From: Thalia democratica
Taxonomy: Eukaryota
Length of the DNA stretch: 64,000 nucleotides
Assembly (NCBI GenBank): GCA_965202585.1
Contig: OZ241832.1
Span: 33,170,001-33,234,000, forward strand
Reading direction: 5' to 3'
The position numbers were made by a program, and so were the translations under genes. Within the stretch, counting starts at the first letter, position 1. The number at the start of each line of letters is the position of its first letter. The notes beneath the pieces are model-generated. The model ran no database searches. It was not told where the DNA came from and saw nothing but the letters and a program-made list of their open reading frames with translations. This document shows positions 1 to 12,700 of the stretch, one piece after another.

Positions 1-31
1 AATAATGATAAATATAAATCAAATATCTTAC

Positions 32-1656
32 TTATGATGCTGTTTAGAAAAAAGTCTCCAGAAATACTCCCTGCATTTAAAGATACACCAAAGTAAATAA
101 AAAAAGTGGCAGCACTGTTGAAAGTTTCAACTTAGAAAAATGCAAAAAGTTATGAGAGTTTTATAAACATTAGTTAGTATTTTATATAGCATTGTACAGT
201 TAAAGTAAAAATTAAACAAATCTTAATTTATGCTTAGGATAACTATTTAAGAAAAAAACAAAAGTGTGTTATTCTATGAACAAAATTACCACAACCTTTT
301 AATATATGATTTTTCATAACTCAGTTCATGTAAACTAAAGGTGCGCAATAAGTAATGCCATTCTAAGTTTTGGAACGAAAACAATTTTATCTTAAATTAA
401 CAAACAAAAATTTTTTCATTGTAAAAAAAAAGTTTTTAAGCGGTATTTATGCCTACTCTTTTAAGTTTTCAAACTTTATACCATTTAAAATAATAAATCG
501 AACTATCAAAGTTGGAAAATATCTTCGATAAAAGACTGATTTTTAAAGATAATAAATGTAACCAATAAATGTTTTATCAATGCCAAGTAGCTTACAACAC
601 TTGCTGATATTTAAAAAATCGTCATAGTTTTGAACTATATGAAAAAAGTTTTTAGTGTTTTAACTTTTATTTTAAGATCTTATAGAGTATAGACAATATT
701 CAGATTTTAGTTATCACAGTATTTATAGAACTATGTAAATTTTTTTTATCGATTAGTATCAAAATTAATTTAAAAAAACTGATAATTCAAACTTACAACA
801 AATAGTAAAAATAATGAAGGGACTAGAAATCAAGTGAATAATAGCTTGTGTTGATTAAAAAAAAGATTTCAAATTCATAGCATGTTATTATAAGTACAAA
901 CATACCATATAAACTAGGTCTAACTAAAAACGTTTGCTCTAAGAGTTATAGTTAAGTAAACAGAGTTTGAAGATAGCATAAAACATACTAAAATATTAAG
1001 CAAAATACAACATATATATTTTTTTTAAATATATATTCAAACATTACCAGCAAAACATGACTTTAATAGTAACTTTCCTTATTGATGAATGCTTCAGTAT
1101 TTCAAATGAAGAGTATCTTTTAAAATCTTTTTTCTGTAATAAAACATTATTTTTATATTAAAAAACTTTTCCCAAAATATATTTTACCTTTGAGATGTTG
1201 TCATTTTCTTTTTCTGCATTCTTCCAAAAGGCTTCATCTATTTTTTAGTACTGAAACGCGACATTTGTCTAATAACCTAAAATTTAAAAAAAAATCATGA
1301 ACTAACATTAATGCTAAGTAATCTGGTAGTGAAACAAAATAACTCTTCATCAGTATTTTATTAAATTTTAATAAAATTCATTCATACTTTAATTTAATTT
1401 TTAAAAGCTAGCTTCAGAATAAATTAACATATCTTTTAAGTTTATATTGAACTCAGCTTAAACTTGAATTTTTTTGAACTTTGAAAGATTTCTAATTTCT
1501 TTCAAGTTAAATAAATACGTTAATTAACTAACACCCTAATGTTTTTTACAGTTTAACTTTGATAACCAAAAGTACTAGCAGATAAATTACTTGTATATTT
1601 TACCATTAACATTTAATTCAATTAACCTTTTTTCCTTGTTTGATCTTGTTAGTTGC
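32..1656 (-). pseudogene. Inverted partial duplicate of the SLC22 gene (frameshifted pseudogene fragment running off the left edge)
   Basis: Reverse complement matches SLC22 exons and introns. Exon copies lie at 1627-1656 (only the 3' end, ATNKIKQGKK), 1188-1276, 1048-1133 (KKDFKRYSSFEILKHSSIRKVTIKVMFC) and 32-114 (AATFFIYFGVSLNAGSISGDFFLNSII). The 1188-1276 copy is 89 bp versus 90 bp in the gene; the 1-bp deletion gives ACT AAA AAA TAG. Splice sites are retained. Confidence 0.88.
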
Positions 1657-2301
1657 TATGTGACCAAGGTTGTTTTAAAACGTTTTCATATTTCTGTAGA
1701 AACTATCGCGGTATTTTTATAACTTAAAGTTCCTATACAGTTGTAGGCAAGCAGAACTTTTAATTATTTAAAATCGGATAAAAACATCGAGATAAAATAA
1801 AAATACCTCGTAATAGTTACACAAAACAAATACTTAAAAATTTACTAGCTAAGAAAAAGTGATTCTTAACCTTAAGTTTAGTCTCGACCAGGGACGTAGC
1901 TACGTAAACTTGCTTTTATTTCAGCTTGAAAAAGACTCTGCTTTCTTAGCTTTTAGTATTATTTTATACTTAGTTATGCACTCCTGATAGATAATTTTGA
2001 CATATATGTACTCTTTAGCAATTTTAGTGTCGTAAAAACTAAACGAATTAAACACATCCAAATTGTAACATTTAGCGTGCTAAAGCTTTAATTTGTCAAA
2101 AAGCTGCATTGCAAAATTGATTCTAATGGAAGTTGTAGCTTCAAAAATCAAAATCATACAATTTTATGTTACAAAAATTTGCATAACTTGTTCTTACTAT
2201 TGACTACGTTAGATGTTTGAAAAATGTTTTGAAAACAATGTAAATGTAAATTTAAAAAAACTTAAAGTACACTTAAAGTATGAAGAGAAGTGATTCTTTA
2301 G

Positions 2302-3333
2302 TAAAGTTTTTATTGTCGAGACCAGGGACTTAGCCAGCTCAAAAAAGTTACGAATCTGCAAAAATTAAAACATCTGAAGTATTACTTCCTAGCGGGAACA
2401 CATTAATTTAAACTATCTCTAATGTTATTGAGTTTAATCTGAAAATATGCAGTTATGTTAATAAAACAAAAATGGAATGTTGAAGTACGAGTGATAACTG
2501 TATACAAGGCAATTTATTTTGCTCCACATCCCCTATGACTCTTTATGTCATGCCACTTGTGTAAACCCAGAAAACAATTTTTTTTAAATAAACATAAAAA
2601 AATCACAATTTAACTCAAAAACATTTGTAGTTTGGTTTTGGTACTAGTTATGATTAAAAAGTTTAAACATAACTCACTCATTTTCGAAAAAAGTTTATTA
2701 ATTAATTTCGTTTAGCTCTTCTTCAGAATAATATTGCTAAAAACTATTAATATTATAGAGTAATTTTAGTTATATACAATGAATTTGAAAAGTCTAACTA
2801 GAAATAGTTACGTCATGAAGTATAAAAGTCTGTTTAGAAAAAGTTTGAAAAATAGAATTGAATTGTACTGAACTAACTTGAAGTAATTTATAAGACAAAA
2901 TTGCTAAAACAAAAACATTTAAAATAGTAGAAATTTCTACCTGAAACTAAATTAAAAAAAAGCACATTAAAAAATACGACAAAAACGACAACAATAATAC
3001 TACTAAAGACGCTATTTATAAAGTTTTAAATTGTAAAAATCATTTTGTTTGCAAATTTTTGGCTCGCGAGTTCTAATAAACAAAGTAATAAATTTGTCAT
3101 AGGGGATGTGGAGCAAAATAAATTGCCTTGTATACAGTTATCACTCGTACTTCAACATTCCATTTTTGTTTTATTAACATAACTGCATATTTTCAGATTA
3201 AACTCAATAACATTAGAGGTAGTTTAAATTACTGTGTTCCCACTAGGAAGTAATACTTCAGATGTTTTAATTTTTGCAGATTCGTAACTTTTTTGAGCTG
3301 GCTACGTCCCTGGTCTCGACAATAAAAACTTTA
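2302..3333. repeat. Foldback / long-TIR element: 238-bp inverted arms (2302-2539 and 3096-3333) around a ~556-bp spacer
   Basis: The arms are near-perfect reverse complements (e.g. gtcgagaccagggacttagccagctc vs gagctggctacgtccctggtctcgac). The outermost bases are TA, a possible TA TSD. A related degenerate motif lies at ~1855-1905. Confidence 0.85.
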
Positions 3334-3397
3334 GAAAGTTTAGAAAGTGAAAACATAAGTTTAAGGTGAATTAATTAGATCTACTTCTTTACTGAAA

Positions 3398-3441
3398 CCG
3401 ACCGGATTAGTGAGGGACCGGATAAACGAGGGTGTACTGTA
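3398..3441 (-). mobile_element. Terminal fragment of a pogo/Tigger-like MITE
   Basis: Reverse complement begins TACAGTACACCCTCGTTTATCCGG, resembling a TA+CAGT terminus. The partner end was not found. Confidence 0.3.
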
Positions 3442-3730
3442 CTTTATTTTTCTAAAAAATCTGTCTATTGTGTTTATCAAAAATTATATATTTTGACGTT
3501 TTATTTTCAAAACATAGAGTTTTAGTATCAATATAAAAAATAAGGTTTATTGATATTTACAGTTACACAAAAATTAATTTAGTTTTAAAAAAATATTTTA
3601 ACGTGATTTCTTTCAGAAAGTTTCCGTGCAAATTTAAAACCAGCATACAATCATAGCATTTAAATATAAGCTACAAAATTTATATTATGTTACAAGTACC
3701 TTAAAAACGTTCTAAAAAAAAAATTTGCAG

Positions 3731-6700
3731 TTCGATTTGGTTTGCGATAGGTTTTACTTAAAGTCTCTTTCTACGAGCATGTATGAAGTTGGTAGCTTGA
3801 TTGGTTCACTGGTATTTGGAGACTTATCAGACAAGTTATTTTTTAATGTTTATTTTTAACTAACAAAAGTTTCAACAAAGACTTGAACGCCGAAATATAA
3901 ACAATTAATTTACGTGTAAGTAAAACAGGCTTACGCTGTTTAATTTTTGTTTTAACTTGTAAATGTAAGAAGATCAACAAAATAAGATTTTGTAACTTTA
4001 GTAGTTCACTAAAATTGCCATTTAAGTTTTTGTGAATGTTTTAAACGTTAATACTAACTCTTAGGAAACATAACAGCGACAACTTGTAACTTTTTTCATT
4101 TTTTTTTTTAATTAAAACCTTTGCAAGTATTTTTTATTTCATTACATTACCAAAATCACAGATTAGGACGGAAAAAAACCTGTTTTTTGACGCTCATTTT
4201 CACTCTTGTATGCAGTTTTGCAACACCGTACAGTAACACAATTGTAACTTTCATGATTTTACGAACATTTACTGCTGCATTCGTGATTGGCTTGATTATT
4301 TTATCATTTACTTACGGTTAGATAAAAATTTGTAAAACTTAAATCATTTGTTTGTTGCAAAACAAAATCTTTCAGTTTGAGGTTTTATGCTCTTGTGGTA
4401 AACAGAGGTGTTTACTAAATCTTACAATGTGTAACGAATTAATTATGTGTTTAAAAGCTATAATCTAATTTTTTAAATTCTTAAAACTTATCTGAGCAAA
4501 TTTTTTGTTAGGAATAAAGTTAATAGTTGTGATATATAAAACAAGCATTGTATATGAAAGATTTTACTTAAGCATATTATTTATTCATAAACAAAACTGT
4601 GGTTTTATATATATTTGTATACAAAAAAGTAAAATATTTTAAACTAACTTATAATTTCTTTCAAATACTTAAATTATTAATCAAAACTTTGAAAATACTT
4701 GATAAGCTAGTATAAAAATCAATATCTTTAAAAAAAATTTATTTATTTAAGGTACAAAACTACAAATTTTTTTTCAAAGTTTTGTTTCAATTTAAGATCA
4801 TTTAACTTTTAAGTAGTGATGTACCGGACTCACTATCCGGGTCTGGATCCGGCCGGATATTGCCGTTTTTGTCTGATATCCGGATCCGGCCGGATCTTGA
4901 TATAAAAAAAAAGTCCGGATCCGGTTCCGGCCGGATTCTAATTTGAAAAAACATTAAACTGTTTACATTTAAACTATGAAATAAACATTTTAGAAATGCA
5001 ACTCTTTACCTATGTTGTAAAATGAAAAACTTTACTACCAAATTGTTAGGCTAGTTTTAAGATTTTTTGAAAAATTCAGGCTAGTTTTCTTTCAGATTTT
5101 GAATGAGTTTAAGCTGATCCAGTTTTCAATATTTTGTGATTTTCTAGTTAATTTTGTTCAAGAACTTGATTTTAATTGATTTTAGATTGGTAAGGCTATA
5201 GGGGGGGGGGGGTCCTCCTTGATTTTTACAAGTTGATCTTATTTAATAGATTTTAATCTTAGCTACCAAATATTGTTTCTGTGATGTACTTTATCTTTCT
5301 ATCAATTTTCCTTATTCTAAATTTAAAGTTATTCATAGCTTTTTTTTAGCTTTAAAAGAAATAAAATTTTGAAACTACAAATGTAAGCTCTACTTTTTAT
5401 GTGAAAACTAGTGATGTACCGGACTCACTATCCGGGTCCAGATCCTGCCGGATATTGCCATTTTTGTCTGATATCCGGATCCGGCCGGATCTTGATATCA
5501 AAAAAAAGTCCGGATCCGGTTCCGGCCGGATTCTAATTTGAAAAAAAAGTCCGGATCCGGGTCCGGTACATCACTACTTTTAAGCAAGTATTATTGTAAA
5601 ACTTGCATTACAATGTACAGGCGTTATATTTCTATTTGCAAAAAAAAATTTAAGGCAAGAAGGTATCTTAGTTTGATTTTGTAAAGCACGGGTCAATAAT
5701 AATATATAAACAATAACATTTCCTAAATTTGCTTTACTACAAAAATAAAACACAACCCGATTTAATATCGCTACATTTTATTTAGTAACAGAGCTCGTAC
5801 AATCAAAGCAAAGAACAAAGGTTTCAGCACTGTATCAAATTATGTTTCCATTAGGATATATATCAGAAACAATTGTTGCATATAAAACAAGAAACTGGAC
5901 AAAATTAATGGTAATGTTAAATACAATCTTTTAAATTTTTAGTGAAATAAGAGTTAACATTTTTAAAGTTTTGGCTTGTAGACTTTAGACAATTTAAACG
6001 TTATTACCATACATTACTTTAATGTTTAATATTTTTTAAATACTGTAAATTTATACAGAACTTTTTCTTTAAAAAATTTCATGAATTAAAAAATTAAAAT
6101 ACTTTTTGTAATTTAGCCAAAATAAACTATAAATCAGTTGGATAAAAAAAAAAATAAACTTGTTTAAATTAAAACATCTTTTTTTTTCATATCTATTTTT
6201 TATTATATTTTTTATATGAAAATGCTGATATTTTTTCAAAATATATATTCAAATTTTTTAAAATTTTTATATTTTAATTATGTTATTTTCACAATACCTT
6301 AAACTAACTATTTAAAAACACTAAGCATTAAATATAATCAAAATATACAATGTTTAAAAACCTTATTTTATTAAGAGTTTTTTGTACCTTATAGCTATAC
6401 ACTTAATTTAAAAAAAAAATTATTTCCAATCAAGTATCACTAGTTCGAAACTATTACTTCAACAGTTTGTTTTAAACGTGGTTTCAATTCCTCTTATCAT
6501 CTTTATAGCTGCTATTCCTGAGTCACCAAGATGGCTCCTTGCAACTAATAAGATTAAACAAGGAAAAAAGGTTAATTGAATTAAATCAGGGGTTCCCAAC
6601 CAGGGGTGCTCGCACCCCTTGGGGGTGCGAGGCAGCATTCCAGGGGGTGCGAGATGGCTTTTCATTTTTGTATGATAAATAAGGAGATTATCACTCTCTG

Positions 6701-9700
6701 ATAAAGTTTATAAAGTTAAAAAGTACATTTTGTTATGAAAAGAAAATGGCGCTAATTTTCTGATTAAATTAATTTTATTAATACGTCATAGAGCAAGAGC
6801 GCTTTTCTAGAAGTAAATTCATTTTACTAATTTCATTTAATAGCTGTTAGTTTAGAATTAACATTGCAGTAAAGCTTTATAAGAGTTTTACACCTTTGAG
6901 TTTTAATCATCTATTCTTTAAATATTTAGTTTTTTTAACTCGCCATTAGTTGTTTAAAACAGTTTATGAGCTAGCATCTATTTTAATAGAAATACGTAGA
7001 TAACAATTAGTATTTCCAGCAGGTTTTTTATTAGCTGTTAAGAACAGATTCTATTAAGTCTATTTCATTTATAATGTAATCTTTTATTAAGCTTAGTTGT
7101 GCAGAAAGTAGAGCTTAAAGATTTAACATCAGTAAATTGTGATGTTCACATTAATTACTGTATATTATACTATTTAAGAAAACTTGTTTTTAGCTTTTGT
7201 GAAACCAATTTTTATAGATCAGCAAAAGTATTCAATGCATTATCTTTATTTCTATTCATTCCTTTTTTGAACTTAAACCGTTTACCTTTTTCAATCTAAT
7301 TTTTTCTATTTATCTAGTAAGAATACAAACTTTCTTTTTTTATTTGCTTTTATACAAATATTTTTTCAATTTAAGACTAAATATCTTTTAACTTTTTAAA
7401 ATCTTAACTCAAATCTCTATTATTTTGAAACCTCCTAGCTGCTAATAGTTTCTTACGATTTGGCGTATAACGTAGCTAAATCAAAAAAACCTCATACAAT
7501 TGCTGAAGAGTTGATAAAGCCATGTGTGTTACAAATGACAGAAGATGTTCTGGGAAAAGAAGCTTCAAAAAAGCTTTAGTTAGTGCCGCTCGCTATCTAA
7601 TAATGTTATTGAAAGTCGAATTAAAGATTTAAGTTCGGTTTTGGATCTACTGACAAACCTCTTTTTTTGGCTTCTTACCATGAGGCGTAAAACGTAGCTA
7701 AATCCAAAAAGCCTCATACAGTTGCTGAAGAGGTGATAAAGCCAGGTGTTTTACAAATGACAGAAGATGTTCTGGGAAAATAAGCTTCAAAAAAGCTTGA
7801 GTTACTGCAAGAAATAGCTTGAGAATTATGCATGAACCGTTTTCTTGAAATGCAGTTTAAAAGAAAAACTCTTGAACAATATTGGTGTTGTTCAATGAAT
7901 ATGTTTCCAAAACTTGGTGAAAAAGCACTAAGTACTCTCATTCCATTCGCGACGACTTACTTGTACGAGTCTGGATTTAGTTCTCTTTTGTCAATAAAAA
8001 CTAAATCAAGAAACCGCTTGAATGCACAGGCAGACATGCGAATTGCAATCAGCAACAAAATGCCACGTTTTCAGAAAGTTTTGTGCAACAAACAGGAACA
8101 AAAAAGTCATTAACTTTAGAGTAGGTTTAAAGTTAAGTTCTTAATCTTTTCAAAATAATATTGTATGAATAGAAGTTTGTTAAATACCTTGTGAGTATAA
8201 CGACGTGTTATTTAGGATTTTTCTATTAAATATATAAAAGATTAGTTTAGTATTTTGTTAATTTTAAATGAAAACATATTTGCTTTTTATAAAGATAGAT
8301 TTTTGTTTTTTGTTTAATTGAAAAGTAATTTATTTTTTTAGTTAGTTTAAAAAGGAGCATGTAAAATTTCAAGTGATGAGCTCGAAACTCACTTGCTTGA
8401 CCTTCAGAAAACGTTTATCGTTGCAGAGGGAAGAGTGAGTTCTATTGTTTTCTCCCTTATAAAAAATAAACAAAACTTGTTCGAATATAGTATAATATTT
8501 TATTAAATTTCAAAGTATTTTATTTTTGTTAATGTAGTACACTACCATAAAAATTAAAAAACATATTATTAGTTAATAAAATCAAAAGTTTTATAAACAA
8601 ATTATTAATAAATAATTATAGCATATAGTGTTAGGGGTGCGAGATCAAATTAACAGACTTTAGGGGTGCGGGGCATCAAAAAGGTTGGGAACCACTGAAT
8701 TAAATGATAATGGTAAAATATATAAGTAAATTCTCTGCTAGTACTTTTGGTTATCAAAGTTAAATTCTATGAAACATTAGTGTGTTAAACTATTCAATTA
8801 ATTAATTAACGTATAGATTTAACTTGAAAGAAATTAGAAATCTTTCATAACTCAAAAAAAAAGTTTAAACTGAGTTCAATATAAACTTAAAGATATACTA
8901 ATTCATTCTAAAACTAGCTTTTAAAGTGAAGTTAATGTATGAAAGAATTTTATTAAAATTTAATAAAAGACTGATGAAAAATTATCTTATTACTTCCAGT
9001 TTCCTTAGCATAAATATTATCTTAGTTCATGAAAATTCTAATAAACTTTAGGTTATTAAACAAATGTCGCGTTTTAGTACTAAAAAATTAGATGAAGCCC
9101 TTTGGAAGAATGCAGAAAAAGAAAATGACAACATCTCAAAGGTAAAATATATTATGGGAAAAGTTTTTTTAGAATAAAAATAATGTTTTATTCCAGGAAA
9201 AAGAATCTAAAAGATACTCTTCATTTGAAATACTAAATCATTCATCGATAAGGAAAGTCACTATTAAAGTCATGTTCTGCTGGTAATGTTTAATTATCTG
9301 TTTAAAAAAACAACATTATTATATTATATTTATTAAACAATGACCCTAGAGTAAACGTTTTTAGCTAGATCTAATTTATATTATATGTTTGTACTTACAA
9401 TAACATGCTTAGAATGTGAATTCAACTTTTTTTTTTATCAACAAAAGTTATTTTTCATTTGATTACTAGTCTCTTTATTACTTTTATTATTTATTGTAAG
9501 CGTGAATTATCAACTTTTGTTAAACTCATTATGGTACTAATCGATAAACTAAGTTTACATAGCTCTATAAATGCTGTGATAATTAAAATCATTGTCTATA
9601 GTATAATATTTTCTATAAATATTTAATATAAAAGTTGATACACCAAATTATTTTCCTTTCATAAAGTTCATCACTATGATGATTTTTTAGATATCAGCAA

Positions 9701-12700
9701 GTGTTGTAAGCTACTTGGTGTTTATGAAACATTTACTGATTACATTTATTATCTTTAAAAAAACAGTTTTTTATCGAAACTAATTTTTAGACTGTAAATT
9801 TTCCATTATATTTTATTGTTTTAAATGGTATAAAATTTTAAAACTAAAAAGGATTGGTATAGATACCGCCCAAAAAACTTTTTGTTATTACAACAAAAAA
9901 AACTTTTGTTTGATAATTTAAAATAAGATAGTTTCTGTTCCGAAATTTAGAGCAGCATTAGTTATTAGCAGCATTATAAATTGAATTATGAGAAACCATA
10001 TTTTAAAATGTTAAGGTAGTTTTATTGATAGGATAACACACTTTTTTTTTTTAATAGTTATTCTTAGCATAAGTAAAAATTTCTTTGATTTTTTCGCGTG
10101 AACTGTAAAAAGTTATTTAGAATAGTAACTAATGTTCATAAAAATCTCTTAAAGTTTTGCATTTTTCTAAGTTGAAACTTTCAACAGTGCTGCCACTTTT
10201 TTTATTTACTTTGGTGTATCTTTAAATGCAGGGAGTATTTCTGGAGACTTGTTTCTAAACAGCATCATAAGTAAGATATTTGATTTGTATTTATCATCAA
10301 TCTTACCTTAACTACTACTTAAAGTTTGTTTACAATGTTTTTTCTCTGGTTAAACTTACTTTCTACTTGTTAAACAATATTATACTCAACTCAATCTAAA
10401 CTTTAAGAAGTACAGCACTACGTAAACAGGTATATTCAATAAGCTAAAAAATATTAATTAGTTAAGCAATTAAATACTTAAAGACGGTGTTTTGGAAATA
10501 GCATCTTATCTGTTGGGTGCATTATTAATAAATAAAATTGGCCGCACAATTGTCATGTCTGGCAGTTTTCTTCTAACAAGTGTGGGACTGTTTGTTTCCG
10601 TTCTAATCAAAGAATTAGTTGCACAAGATTCGGGTAATTTTTATAAGCTACTATAGTTTGGTTTTTAAAGCGTACGAACAGTTTAAAAACAGTTTTGAAA
10701 GTACTTAGTTATACAAAAACATAAATTATGATAATTTTTATATCATTCGTAAGTTAAGCATAACTAAACTGAAATCAATATTGACCTTTATTAATAGAAT
10801 AATAAGGCTTATTTATAAATATTAAAAAACAGTTTTCTTTGCATAGTTAAAACTTGAATAACTTTATAAATCTTTGTCACTACTAGTTAATTTTCTTATC
10901 AATTTAAATTTTTAACAGACTTTCAAAAAGTTGGAATTGCATTTGCTTTTGTTGCTAAATTTGGAATTTCGGCGTTATATTTTATTACCTGTATACTTAC
11001 CGCAGAAATGTTTCCTACTGTTATAAGGTTAAAATTAGAATTTACCATTAGACTTCTTGTACAACTTTTAGTCTAGCTATTATTTCTTAAGAACTATAAA
11101 ACAATAATTTGTAGCTTAAAAGTATAAAGAAATATATTCTAAATTTTTTAACAACTGTAGGAAAATTTATGATTTTCAAATATAAAAAGAAATAAAAATA
11201 ACTTAATCAGTACAGCAAATCATAGATTTAACTGTTAAAACTGTAACAAACCATAAGACAGCAACAAAAATGTACTTATTAGTTTTATTTAAGACAAGTA
11301 TAAATAAGTTTTTTATAACGCTAATTAAATACACCTTTACCAAGAAACAAACTAATCGAGTTCTAAAATGATGTTTTAAAATTTTTGTATTTTCTTTTTT
11401 TCAGTAGTAAGTTATAAATTTTTTATCTAACCTATATTTTTAATATAAATTTTATTAAAAACTTCAACTGTTTCTTGTTTTATTTACACTACATGTTCTA
11501 CATACTTAAGTTGGTGTGTATATACTTAAATTGATGTTTTTTATACATTAATGGGAAAAAATTAAACATATATATTGTAAGGTTTTTTTTGTTTATTAAA
11601 CTATTTTTAACAGTAAATATAAATAACAGCAAACTTTTAAAAATTTTCCTAAATTAATACTTATTTTAAAATAAATAAAATAATTCAAACACCTTTTAAT
11701 AAAGTGCAAAGTTTTTATATTTTGAAATCGAACTCGTTTCGTCATAGATTTTGTATCAAAAACTGAAAGAAAAATATTTTATAAGAACAAGTAACAGTTC
11801 TTAAAAATGTACAAGAGTAAAAACACTGTACAAGTTTTCTAGTGCAATTAAACAAGTACAAATAAGTTTGATATTTTCAGAAGCAACGGTCTTGGCATGG
11901 GGAGTTTTGCTGCAAGAATCGGAAGTATTTCTGCACCTTTCATTATTTCAATTCAAAAAACAATAAGTTGGCTTCCGAGCGCAATATTTACTTGGTTAGT
12001 TTTTTAAAAAGTGCAAGTTAAAAACAAATCTGAACCAAAAAGGTAAAAAATACTTAATTAGGTAAATCAATGATTGTAAACATTTGCATAGTAAACTAAA
12101 AAAATCTGTACACACTAGACAACTTTAGTACATACTTTTATTCTATTAAAATCAATCTTACTCTAATTAGTACTACTTTGGTAAAAGTTTTCTAAATGTT
12201 TTTCAAGGAACTACCAATAACTAGCTTTTGAAAATAAGTTTATATCGATTAAATTTATACTACTTAAATAAAGTTTTTACTTCGAAATTGCTTACTTATC
12301 ATCAGACTTTCCGCGCAAGGTAAATCATTTTTTATACACAACAAGAGTCGAATTATATTGTTACTTTCTACCAACTTCTATTTTAACAGAAAACCTTAAA
12401 ATTGCTTGATTTCAATAAAAATAATGAACATTTATTTATCGTCATAGTTTGTATAATTTTACCGTTAATACCGTCATTAAACCGTACCCATATCATACAA
12501 ACTTTTCGACTTTGTTTACAAACATCGCTAGTTCTCGGTCCCGCTTTTTCTACTTGAAAATATAAAACTTAAAGAATTAATGCAAAATCTGATTATTTTA
12601 AGCTAAGTATTCGAACTACTTTTAAAGTATAGTTTGTACTTTTTTACCTTTCAAAACTTTATAAGACTCATTGCAGCAGAAATAAAGCAGAAACTGATGC

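Noticed and set aside
6459-6665. Minus-strand 68-aa ORF
   Set aside because: Spans the hAT left end and the antisense of an SLC22 exon; not a coherent protein.
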